From: a virus
Taxonomy: Duplodnaviria > Caudoviricetes
Virus record (IMG/VR): IMGVR_UViG_3300005077_000102
Coordinates: 1-33,104 of that record
DNA: 33,104 nt
Direction: 5' to 3' (one strand)
The first letter of the stretch is position 1. Every line of letters starts with the position of its first letter. Position numbers and translations under genes: made by a program. Positions 1 to 7,560 of the stretch are shown in pieces. The notes under the pieces were generated by a model that worked only from the letters and a program-made list of their open reading frames with translations, did no database searches and was not told the origin of the DNA.

Positions 1-109
1 CCGGGGGGGGCCGGAAGCGGCGGCCCCCGCCGGGGCCGGGGCCGGGGCCGGGGCGGGGGCCGGGGGGGCCGGGGCCCCGGCCGCCGGGGGGGGCGGCGGC
101 GGGGCCCGG
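1..109. repeat. G/C-only low-complexity tract at contig start
   Basis: Only two A residues (15-16) in 109 nt; GGGGCC-like units. Confidence 0.9.
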
Positions 110-124
110 TCGGAAGGGGCCAGA

Positions 125-1306
125 CTACACGGCCATCAAGCGGCCCGCTTCCGTTTCGAGTGCAACCCGCTCCTCGGCGGGCTTGGACTGCGCCAGCCAC
201 GAGAGGGCCTGAGCGAATCGCAGCTTGCTTTCGGGATTCTCGGTGCGGGGGAGCACCTCGATTCGGTTGTCACCCTTGACCATCGCAACCAGCCCCTCAA
301 GGTCGGCCCGGCGCAGTACCCCCTTGCGGATGAGCTCCTTGCCAGCAGATTCGGGGTTGACCGTTTCGGCCGCCATGCGCCGGAAACCCTCGGAGATGGC
401 TTCCCGCCTTTTCGGGGAAAAGACCGAGTGCATCGCGTCCTTCATGCCGGAGACTGCGGCCCGGGAATTGAGGGAGAGAGTCTCGGGGCTCCATTCGATC
501 AACCCGGGGGTCAGGGCCTTGAGCTGGCCGCCGCCAAGGTGAATCTTGCGGACGAGAGACTCTCCGATGGCGGTGTTGGTGCACCACATCCGGGTTGCCA
601 GCATCCGAACCTCCATCGAGCCGTCGCCGTACTCGGAGCAGGACATCTGCAACCCGAGCACGAGGGGCTCGCCCGGGATCGGCTCGAAGAGCTCCGGCAG
701 AATCGCCCGGAGCCCGTACTTGCTGTCGGTAACGAAGCTGCCCTTCGTCGGGTAGGCCCCGGTTTCCTCGCAAGTCTTCACGAAGGTTGTCACCAACTCG
801 GACTGGTCAATCGGGCAGTACGAATCTGTCAGCACCGCCCGGGCCACATCGTCAACCTCGCGCACGAGCACCCGGTCGCCCGCCCATCGGTAGTTCAGAT
901 CGTTCAGGAGGCCCCGGAGAACTTCGCGCCCCTTCGGCTCTTCGAGGAGATTCTCAAGGAAGCGATTCGGAACCCGGAGCCGGTCGGCCACCTGTAGTCT
1001 CGCGTGCTTGGTCACCTTCATCTCCTGCACCCCGGGGGCGTAGGCGAACATCGTGCCCGGCCCGGAATCGGCATCGGGATCGAGTACGCCGAATCGAAGG
1101 TCATCGGTCGGGATCAGGTAGTCGTTGCGGCGGCTCGCCTCGTTCATCAGCGATTCGACTGCGGCCGCCGCCTCCCGGCGACCGGTTTCGATCATCGCGT
1201 CCAGCTTCGTTCGGGCCGTTGCGGCGGCGGCGGCGGCGGCGGTCTCGTAGTCGCGGGCATCGTGGTGGTACATCTTCTGCCCGGGGGTGTAGTTCTGGTG
1301 ATTCAT
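125..1306 (-). CDS. DUF932/DUF945-like phage/plasmid protein
   Basis: 393 aa; RAVLTDSY..ID and GLQMSCSEYGDGS..RMWCTN..IH motifs typical of the DUF932 group; RBS AAGGAAG. Confidence 0.7.
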   Translation of the reverse strand: MNHQNYTPGQKMYHHDARDYETAAAAAAATARTKLDAMIETGRREAAAAVESLMNEASRRNDYLIPTDDLRFGVLDPDADSGPGTMFAYAPGVQEMKVTKHARLQVADRLRVPNRFLENLLEEPKGREVLRGLLNDLNYRWAGDRVLVREVDDVARAVLTDSYCPIDQSELVTTFVKTCEETGAYPTKGSFVTDSKYGLRAILPELFEPIPGEPLVLGLQMSCSEYGDGSMEVRMLATRMWCTNTAIGESLVRKIHLGGGQLKALTPGLIEWSPETLSLNSRAAVSGMKDAMHSVFSPKRREAISEGFRRMAAETVNPESAGKELIRKGVLRRADLEGLVAMVKGDNRIEVLPRTENPESKLRFAQALSWLAQSKPAEERVALETEAGRLMAV

Positions 1307-1346
1307 CGGTCTTCCTTTCTGGTAGTTTTCCCGGCCACCCGGCCGG

Positions 1347-1835
1347 TTAGAGAATCGTGCTGAGTGCGTTGTGAGCGTGGAGAAGGACGCGACTGATGTA
1401 GTCGTTGGTCAGGAACCAGCGGGCCCGAGATTCCCTTCCGTTGGGAAGCTCGACGGGGATCGCAACGGAAACGGCCAGCCCGCCAAGCCCATCCCGAACT
1501 ACATCGGCCAGCGGGCCCCCCGTGTCGGAGATCGCGGAGCGGGCGGCGTTGATTACACCGGCAACGAGGTGGGGCACGAAGTCTCCGCTTCGGAAGGTCG
1601 CCCCGGGCACGGGCAGGCTCGAACTGCACTCGGTGCGGAAGGCCCCGGCCCGTAGCACGGCCTCATGCAGTATCGCCTCCGCGTTCCCGGCGACGGAAGG
1701 GCCCGGGAGTTCAGCGAGCGCCGGGTCGCGCTCCGCGATTTCGGTCAGGATATCGAGTACGCCGCTCCCGTTCAGCCTGTCGTAGTAGCCAACGAGGGCC
1801 CGGTGGTCGCGGAGGGTGATTCTCTGGATTGCCAT
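1347..1835 (-). CDS. hypothetical protein
   Basis: 162 aa, GGAG RBS, co-oriented with neighbours. Confidence 0.7.
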   Translation of the reverse strand: MAIQRITLRDHRALVGYYDRLNGSGVLDILTEIAERDPALAELPGPSVAGNAEAILHEAVLRAGAFRTECSSSLPVPGATFRSGDFVPHLVAGVINAARSAISDTGGPLADVVRDGLGGLAVSVAIPVELPNGRESRARWFLTNDYISRVLLHAHNALSTIL

Positions 1836-1862
1836 GATGTACTCCGGTTGTCTTGGTGGTGG

Positions 1863-2108
1863 TCAACTGATCCGGTAGACTTCAAACCCTTGGGTCAGTC
1901 CGATGTGGTGAATGGAGGGATTCTCCTCCATAACCCGGGCCGCCTTGAGAACGGAAAGGAACTCCTGCCCGCCCATGTACTGCTCATTCGCGTTCGCCGG
2001 GTACTCGATGTTCCAGTCGATTGCGAGGTGCGTCCGGGAGGGCGGGAAGGTCAAGGTGAAAAGGATGAGAGTATTGCATCCGGTCGGGGTTACGGTGTAC
2101 TTGTTCAT
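1863..2108 (-). CDS. hypothetical protein (MNKYTVTP...)
   Basis: Start reassigned to ATG 2108 behind AAAGGAG RBS. Confidence 0.65.
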   Translation of the reverse strand: MNKYTVTPTGCNTLILFTLTFPPSRTHLAIDWNIEYPANANEQYMGGQEFLSVLKAARVMEENPSIHHIGLTQGFEVYRIS

Positions 2109-2139
2109 CGGTCGGCTCCTTTCAGGTGGTGGTGGTAGT

Positions 2140-2370
2140 TCAGCGGCCAAGCTCGGGATGGCGCGATGCGAAGGTCTGCGTCCAGCAGAAGAATACCTCC
2201 CGCGCTTCCCGGCGAGTCTCGCACATCCCCGCGTTCAGTAGTCTCGACGGCCCCTCCATCATGTTGCACTCTCCGCTTTCCCGTAGTTTGTCCAACCAGA
2301 CCATCACCCCTTCGTCGTACTGCTTGCCCGTGGTGGGGTCAGTTACGGTTCCGCGATTCTCGTTGCTCAT
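2140..2370 (-). CDS. small phage protein with LDxLRESGxxNM motif (DUF5049-like)
   Basis: ATG 2370 behind AAAGGAG; WLDKLRESGECNMM motif recalled from small phage proteins. Confidence 0.65.
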   Translation of the reverse strand: MSNENRGTVTDPTTGKQYDEGVMVWLDKLRESGECNMMEGPSRLLNAGMCETRREAREVFFCWTQTFASRHPELGR

Positions 2371-2431
2371 CGGTCGCTCCTTTCTCGCGTAGTCTGCACC
2401 GGGCCCCCCGGCCCGGGCCTTGCCATTTAAT

Positions 2432-2460
2432 AACATATCATTTTAGGGGCAAGGGAGCAA
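2432..2460 (-). promoter_or_regulatory. sigma70-like promoter
   Basis: TTGCTC-N17-TATGTT with extended -10 TG, in an AT island upstream of gene cluster 125-2370. Confidence 0.6.
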
Positions 2461-2478
2461 GAGCGGCGCGGGAGAGAA

Positions 2479-2842
2479 GGGCGGCCGGGGCCCGGGCCCG
2501 CCCGGGGCCGCCCGGGGCCGCCCGGGGCCGCCCGGGGCCGCCCGGGGCCGCCGGGGCCGCCCGGGGCCGCCCGGCCGGGGGCCGGAAACGGGCCGCCCCC
2601 GCCGGGCGGGGGCCGGGCGGGGGCCGGGCGGGGCCGCCCGGGGCCGCCGGGGCCGCCCGGGCCCGCCGGGGCCGCCCGGGCCCGCCGGGGCCGCCCGGGC
2701 CCGCCGGGGCCGCCCGGGGCCGCCGGGGCGGCCGGGGGCCCGCCGGGGCCGCCCGGGGCCGCCGGGGCCGCCCGGGGCCGCCCGGCCGGGGGCCGGAAAC
2801 GGGCCGCCCCCGCCGGGCGGGGGCCGGGCGGGGGCGGCGGGG
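2479..2842. repeat. G/C-only tandem repeat tract (CCCGGGGCCG-like 10-mers) with ~74-bp internal duplication
   Basis: 364 nt with only two AAA triplets (2586-2588, 2797-2799); ~2550-2623 repeated at ~2761-2834. Confidence 0.9.
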
Positions 2843-2864
2843 TTGCGAGATTCGGTTGCGGCCG

Positions 2865-3071
2865 CTACCAGCTGATGTAGAACATCCTCCCGGCGGCGAC
2901 GAGGGCCCGCTCGTACTTTTCCTGGGCCCTTCCCGCCCGGTAGAATCGCCTCAGGTATCGATCCGCGAGCGCGGTGAGCCCGTTGGACTTCGCCCGGCGG
3001 TAAGCCTCGTAGTTTTCCTCGGCGGCCTTATGGGCCTTGTGCCAGAGTCGGTCGGCGGTCTCGATGTTCAT
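2865..3071 (-). CDS. hypothetical helical protein
   Basis: 68 aa; GGAGG RBS; TGATG overlap with upstream gene. Confidence 0.65.
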   Translation of the reverse strand: MNIETADRLWHKAHKAAEENYEAYRRAKSNGLTALADRYLRRFYRAGRAQEKYERALVAAGRMFYISW

Positions 3072-3292
3072 CAGTACTCCCTCCCGAGAACTGTGCGGTC
3101 GAACTCTGCCTCGCGCCAGAGTTGCGCTTCCTTGGTATCCATGTGGAAGGTTGCCCCCGTTGCCGGGAAGTAGAGAATCTCATCGCCGGGCAGGATGGGC
3201 CTTCCGGTTTCCGCGCAAACCCCTTCCCGGCGGGCAACGAGAGTTCGGGGGTCGCGGTTGTAGTTCCTGCGGTTGTAGTTCCTGCGGCTCAT
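3071..3292 (-). CDS. hypothetical protein (DPRxxxAR..C..G..I..GD.I.Y.P motif)
   Basis: ATG 3292 behind AAGGAG; 15-bp tandem duplication encoding RRNYN twice. Confidence 0.7.
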   Translation of the reverse strand: MSRRNYNRRNYNRDPRTLVARREGVCAETGRPILPGDEILYFPATGATFHMDTKEAQLWREAEFDRTVLGREY

Positions 3293-3513
3293 CGGTTGTT
3301 CTCCTTGTTCCAAGGGTGGTGGTGGCCGAGGCAGCGTAGGCAGAGTCGGAATCCAACGGCCGTCAGGTGGCGGCAGCCGGGCTCGGTGTACTCGGCAAGG
3401 AAGGTCTGGGCCCCGATGTCGCCGAGCACCCCGCACACCGAATCGGCCGGACGGTCGGGATTCGCGATGTGTACTTTGCCATCCGGCACGAGCCTGACGA
3501 GTATGTAGTTCAT
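3289..3513 (-). CDS. hypothetical protein, possible Zn-binding (H..C..CxxC)
   Basis: ATGA overlaps on both sides. Confidence 0.55.
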   Translation of the reverse strand: MNYILVRLVPDGKVHIANPDRPADSVCGVLGDIGAQTFLAEYTEPGCRHLTAVGFRLCLRCLGHHHPWNKENNR

Positions 3514-3818
3514 CCTGCAACCTCGTCGGGGCTCAAACCGAAGAAGTTGTTGACGGTGGCCGCCGCGAGTGCAAGGCTGTTGCACATGGCCGAGTGCGTG
3601 CCGTGCATCGGGTGCGTAGAATCGTGGAGGCAATTGAAGTGCCAGCCACGCGGCGGCCGCACTTCGACCGGGGCGCATTCAATGCCGGAGGCGAGCACGG
3701 GGCAAAGCGCCCCGAAGATGTAGAGCTTGGCGATCAGGAACTCTCCACGGCCCGCGTATTCGTTTATCTCGGCCTTGGTGGGGGCAACGAGCTCGCCCGG
3801 CTTGTACTTGCTGTTCAC
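3510..3818 (-). CDS. hypothetical protein
   Basis: 102 aa, GTGA overlap with upstream gene. Confidence 0.55.
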   Translation of the reverse strand: MNSKYKPGELVAPTKAEINEYAGRGEFLIAKLYIFGALCPVLASGIECAPVEVRPPRGWHFNCLHDSTHPMHGTHSAMCNSLALAAATVNNFFGLSPDEVAG

Positions 3819-4147
3819 GCGGCACCCCCTTCCGAAGTACGAATCGTGGGCGGGAGCTTGACCAGCCGGAACCGGTAGGGCCGATCCCGTAGGTCGAGCC
3901 CCGTTACGATCAGGCCCCGGAAGTACACGCCGCCACGCTCGAAGGCGAAGTCTTCCGGCGCACCGACCACGACATCGTTATCGGCGATGACAACCGAGCA
4001 CAGGCGGCCGGTGTGGAGGAGCCACCCGAGGAGTACACCCTTGCCCTTCGCGTCCCGCCAGCGGGCAAGCTCCTTTTCGGTCGGCCGGAGGAGCACGGAG
4101 CTACGGATGCACTTTCGCGGGCTGTGGTAGATGGTTGTAGTCGGCAT
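3815..4147 (-). CDS. hypothetical protein
   Basis: 110 aa; AAAGGA RBS. Confidence 0.65.
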   Translation of the reverse strand: MPTTTIYHSPRKCIRSSVLLRPTEKELARWRDAKGKGVLLGWLLHTGRLCSVVIADNDVVVGAPEDFAFERGGVYFRGLIVTGLDLRDRPYRFRLVKLPPTIRTSEGGAA

Positions 4148-4159
4148 CGGTCTTTCCTT

Positions 4160-4687
4160 TCAGCGAATCGCTTTGCGGGTTTGGGTCAGGTCGATTCCAT
4201 TGGCAAGGGCCCGGACGCGAGCACGCCGGGCTTGGTCGGCCCGGCGGGCTTCCTCTGGAGATTCCGTGGGGCTGTCATCGGGGTAGATTCGTTGCCGGGC
4301 GATGTAGGCATCGTAGAGTTCATCGACGGCCGCCGCGAGGGCCCGGCGGTGCACTTCGAAGAGGAAGGTAATCTCTTCGCGCTGGGGCACGGTGACATCG
4401 AGCCCGAATACCGCCTGCCCCTTCCTTTTCCAATGGTGGTGGGGAAACCCGGCGGCCCCGAATACTTGGTACGCGATCTGGTTCAGCAGCTTGTATTCGA
4501 GCTTGTTCCGGTAGCTCCAGAAGTACCGCTCGGTCGGTAGTTCGGCGCTTTCAATATCGGCAACGGTCAACCCGCTTGCCGCGAGCCCCCGCTCGATTGC
4601 GGCCCAAGCGGCCGCCGCTTCCGACTTTGTAGCACCGGCATCCCGGGCGAGTGCAAGGAGCTTCAGTAGTCTCGGATGGGCGTTCAT
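4160..4687 (-). CDS. DUF2786-domain protein
   Basis: N-terminal LLKLLALARD.GA..SEAAAA...I..L...GL pattern; ATG 4687 behind GGGAG. Confidence 0.7.
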   Translation of the reverse strand: MNAHPRLLKLLALARDAGATKSEAAAAWAAIERGLAASGLTVADIESAELPTERYFWSYRNKLEYKLLNQIAYQVFGAAGFPHHHWKRKGQAVFGLDVTVPQREEITFLFEVHRRALAAAVDELYDAYIARQRIYPDDSPTESPEEARRADQARRARVRALANGIDLTQTRKAIR

Positions 4688-4923
4688 CGGACGGCTCCCC
4701 CCGCATCGGGGTACTTGGCCCGCAGAGATTCGAGGAGCGCGGCGGCCCGGTCGAGTACCTCCTCGGTTGCCGACAGGTGCATTCGCCGGAGCCAGCGAAT
4801 CGCATCCCGAGCGATGGGATCGAGCTCGCGGAAGGGTTCGAGAGAATCGGCGAGCGACCGGGCCCGACGGGCGTTGTACTTGGTCGGCCGAAACCCGGCC
4901 GGGGTTGGGTTTGCGTACTGCAT
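4684..4923 (-). CDS. hypothetical protein
   Basis: ATG 4923 behind GGGGGAG; ATGA overlap with downstream gene. Confidence 0.6.
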   Translation of the reverse strand: MQYANPTPAGFRPTKYNARRARSLADSLEPFRELDPIARDAIRWLRRMHLSATEEVLDRAAALLESLRAKYPDAGGAVR

Positions 4924-4931
4924 GGCTCCCC

Positions 4932-5153
4932 CTACGAAACGGTGGTGAAGGTGTAGTGCCCCGAGGCAACCCGAACGGGCTGGAGCCCGCACAAGCGGGC
5001 TTCGTATTCGAGTTCCTCGACGGTATCGATGATCGTTCTGCGCCCGTTCCCGAGCGATGTTGGAGAATCTCCGAACATCACGATGAAGCTCTGGAGTACG
5101 GGGCTCCAATCGGCGTGGAGAATCGGTTCGGTGGTCTTGCGATTGCGTGGCAT
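4932..5153 (-). CDS. hypothetical protein
   Basis: 73 aa; AGGAG RBS. Confidence 0.6.
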   Translation of the reverse strand: MPRNRKTTEPILHADWSPVLQSFIVMFGDSPTSLGNGRRTIIDTVEELEYEARLCGLQPVRVASGHYTFTTVS

Positions 5154-5173
5154 CGGTCTTCTCCTAATGTAGT

Positions 5174-5196
5174 CGGGGGCCCGTTGCGGGCCCCCG
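5174..5196. other. intergenic 10-bp-stem hairpin
   Basis: CGGGGGCCCG-TTG-CGGGCCCCCG; no U-tract on the - strand. Confidence 0.55.
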
Positions 5197-5213
5197 TGGC
5201 TTGTTGTAGTTGT

Positions 5214-5501
5214 TCAGGCGCGGAGCCCGGCACCGATCCGCGCAGAGCACAGGGCGAACAGGTACTCGTACTCGGCCTTCGCCGCACCGTGCGCGAGAAT
5301 CACTTCCGCGATGTAGTCCATCTGGGCCCCCTCCTCCGAGAGTCGCTGGATGTTGACCCGCTTGTAGTTCAGGAAGCGGTGGCTGGCCGTCGCGAATCGT
5401 TCGAGGAGCATCGCGGGGTGGTCGGCGATTCGGTCGATGGCCTCCCGGTCAGAATCGGTGAAGCTGGTCTTCCGGCCGCTGGTGGTGGTGGTAGTCTGCA
5501 T
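5214..5501 (-). CDS. hypothetical protein, first gene of early unit
   Basis: 95 aa; AAGGAG RBS. Confidence 0.7.
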   Translation of the reverse strand: MQTTTTTSGRKTSFTDSDREAIDRIADHPAMLLERFATASHRFLNYKRVNIQRLSEEGAQMDYIAEVILAHGAAKAEYEYLFALCSARIGAGLRA

Positions 5502-5548
5502 CGGTCTCTCCTTGGCTTGGGGGGCGGCCCCCCGGCCGCCCGTTCACT

Positions 5549-5584
5549 TATCCGCATATTATTATTTAATGTTCGGATATCCAA
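5549..5584 (-). promoter_or_regulatory. sigma70-like promoter overlapped by an inverted repeat (operator candidate)
   Basis: TTGGAT(5584-5579)-N17-TAATAT(5561-5556); arms TATCCGCATAT (5549-5559) and ATGTTCGGATA (5569-5579), 9/11 complementary. Confidence 0.7.
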
Positions 5585-5627
5585 GGGCCGGGGGGCAAAA
5601 AGGTAAAATAAGCAGGTTTCTGCATGA

Positions 5628-5941
5628 GGGCCGGGCGGCCCCGGGGGGGCCCGGGGGGCCCGGGGGCCGGGGGGCCCGGGGGCCGGGGGGCCGGGCCGGG
5701 GGCCCGGGGCCGGGGGCCCGGGGCCGGGGGCCGGGGCCGGGGGCCCGGGGCCGGGGGCCGGGGCCGGGGGCCCGGGGCCGGGGGCCCGGGGCCGGGGGCC
5801 GGGGCCGGGGGCCGGGGCCGGGGGCCGGGGGCCCGGGGCCGGGGCCGGGGGCCCGGGGCCGGGGGCCGGGGCCGGGGGCCCGGGGCCGGGGGCCGGGGCC
5901 GGGGGCCGGGGGCCCGGGGCCGGGGCCGGGGGCCCGGGGCC
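5628..5941 (+). repeat. 314-bp A/T-free (G4-5C2-3)n repeat, GGGGCC-like, G-quadruplex-prone
   Basis: No A or T between 5628 and 5941; G runs mostly of 4-5 separated by CC/CCC. Confidence 0.95.
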
Positions 5942-5949
5942 AAGACTAC

Positions 5950-5976
5950 AAAAAAAGGGGCCCCTCGCGGGGCCCC
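5950..5976 (-). terminator. Rho-independent terminator ending the late operon
   Basis: - strand GGGGCCCC-GCGA-GGGGCCCC followed by T7. Confidence 0.9.
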
Positions 5977-6055
5977 CCGACCGATGCGCGGCCGCCACCA
6001 CACGGCCGCCACACCAAGAGGCAAACTACGATTCGGCGGGGTTGTTCCCGGGCCG

Positions 6056-6361
6056 CTACATCCCTTGCAACAGGTGCTCGACTACCTTCCACACGGCAAC
6101 ACCGGCCCCGCCGCCGACTACGGCCCAGACCGCCTTGCCCCCCCATGCCGCGCCTTCCAATCTGGCCTTCCACAGCGAAAACTCGCCGACGCTGGTTGTG
6201 AGCCCTTTGATGTCACTCCGTAGTCCGTCGATGGAGTCGGCGAGCCGCTGGTGTCCGAGTCGGACATCCTTCTCGACGGCATTCACCCGCGCCTCCAAGC
6301 GTAGAATCGCTTCCCCGTGCGCCCGGCAGTCAGGGGCGCTGCCGGGGTCTTCGCTGCCCAT
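6056..6361 (-). CDS. coiled-coil protein with C-terminal TM helix (XhlA-like lysis accessory)
   Basis: Heptad region LEARVNAVEKDV..LRSDIKGL, then hydrophobic AVWAVVGGGAGVAVW; GGGAGG RBS. Confidence 0.6.
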   Translation of the reverse strand: MGSEDPGSAPDCRAHGEAILRLEARVNAVEKDVRLGHQRLADSIDGLRSDIKGLTTSVGEFSLWKARLEGAAWGGKAVWAVVGGGAGVAVWKVVEHLLQGM

Positions 6362-6380
6362 AGGGTCGGCCCTCCCTTCG

Positions 6381-6914
6381 TCAGGGGATCGCGTTGGATT
6401 CCGCGAGGCGCAGGCACTCGCTGGGGTCGAAGTTCGCCGGGCACGCCGTCGCGGCCCACGGCACACCCGCCCGCTGCCAGACGGTCAGCACCGCCTCCGA
6501 GCAATAGACCGTCCTCGTCCCGTCGTCGGGGGCACCGTCGCGCCAGACGCTCGCCACCTTGCGGATCTCGGTGTACGGGGTGCCTTCGAGGTCGTGCAGC
6601 GCGTCCCGCAGGCCGTGCTCGTAGTCGTGGAGGCCGAGCGGCACGATGAGGCAGTCCGTGCCTTCCAGCAGCCCGTCCAGCCGTCGGCGGGCAGGCAGGC
6701 GCACGAAGCCCACGCCGGCCCGCGCACCGTATAGGAACCGCTGCCCGCCGATCTCGCGGCAGGCCACCTCGACATGGTTCGGCAGGCGATCCCACCGCGG
6801 CACCGGCTGCCGGCGGAGCAGCGCGGAAAGCACGGCTCCCGTGCGGATGCCGAGGGCCACAGGCCCGCGACCAAAGTACGCTACGAGGTCGCCGGTTTCG
6901 AGCACCCGCTGCAT
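6381..6914 (-). CDS. permuted NlpC/P60 (YiiX/YaeF-like papain-like amidase)
   Basis: LETGDLV, NHV (His first), GTPY, YCSE (Cys last); ATG 6914 behind GGAGG. Confidence 0.8.
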   Translation of the reverse strand: MQRVLETGDLVAYFGRGPVALGIRTGAVLSALLRRQPVPRWDRLPNHVEVACREIGGQRFLYGARAGVGFVRLPARRRLDGLLEGTDCLIVPLGLHDYEHGLRDALHDLEGTPYTEIRKVASVWRDGAPDDGTRTVYCSEAVLTVWQRAGVPWAATACPANFDPSECLRLAESNAIP

Positions 6915-7372
6915 CACTCCTCCGGCCACAGCCTCAGCACCGCCAGCCTCTCGCGGGAACGGTGGGTGATCGGGCGGACTCTGGCGTAGGCGTTCTGCTC
7001 GGCAGCCTCCTCCACCGTGTCCGTTTCCGGCCCGCCGCCGCCCATCTCGACGAGGTGCCACTCGCTGATAGCGATTGCGATGTGCCGCGCCCGCCCCTCC
7101 GGCCAGCCGTAGACGATGATGTCACCCGCCACGGGCTGGCTCCGGGCATCCCGGTAGGCGAGGACATCCCGGTCGGCGAACCGCTGGCGAATCCCCTCCG
7201 CGCTCAGGCGCTCGCGGGTGCCGAGGTCGCCCGTAGCACGCAGGATGCGCGAGACCAGCCCGCTGCAATCGGCAGCCCCCGGATCGTCGCCGCCCCAATG
7301 GTAGCGGTCGCCGCGCTCAACGGCGGCGCGGGCCAGCCAGACGGCGATCTCCCTGTTCGCTCGATCCCGCAT
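6914..7372 (-). CDS. NlpC/P60 peptidoglycan endopeptidase (endolysin)
   Basis: YHWGG...DCSGLV, GDIIVY, HIAI motifs. Confidence 0.85.
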   Translation of the reverse strand: MRDRANREIAVWLARAAVERGDRYHWGGDDPGAADCSGLVSRILRATGDLGTRERLSAEGIRQRFADRDVLAYRDARSQPVAGDIIVYGWPEGRARHIAIAISEWHLVEMGGGGPETDTVEEAAEQNAYARVRPITHRSRERLAVLRLWPEE

Positions 7373-7378
7373 CGCCCG

Positions 7379-7558
7379 CTACTCCTTCGCCTGCTGCCTT
7401 CGCTGCGCGAAGTGCTCGCCCACATTGCCGCCGACCAGCGCCATGTAGCCGGCCACCGCGCCACCGGCCAGCACCTCGGAAAGCACGCCCGCCAGCGACG
7501 CTCCGAGGAGTGTCGCCAGCAGGGCGAAGAAGGCGATCAGCTTGCGGCGGCCGGTCAC
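7379..7558 (-). CDS. holin-like small two-TM protein
   Basis: 59 aa; GTG behind GGAGG; RRK, two hydrophobic helices, GNVGEHF, basic tail; directly before the endolysin. Confidence 0.7.
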   Translation of the reverse strand: MTGRRKLIAFFALLATLLGASLAGVLSEVLAGGAVAGYMALVGGNVGEHFAQRRQQAKE

Positions 7559-7560
7559 GG

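Noticed and set aside
1221-1240. (GCG)n poly-Ala runs (also ~27024-27049) as phase-variation switches
   Set aside because: Trinucleotide units preserve the frame, and such runs are common in high-GC genes
2166-3173. Collagen-like Gly/Pro/Arg ORFs here and at 5369-6223
   Set aside because: Translations of G/C-only repeats, which cannot contain stop codons; no RBS, and they cross promoters or the terminator
2479-5941. Repeat tracts as CRISPR arrays
   Set aside because: No unique spacers between repeats and no cas genes
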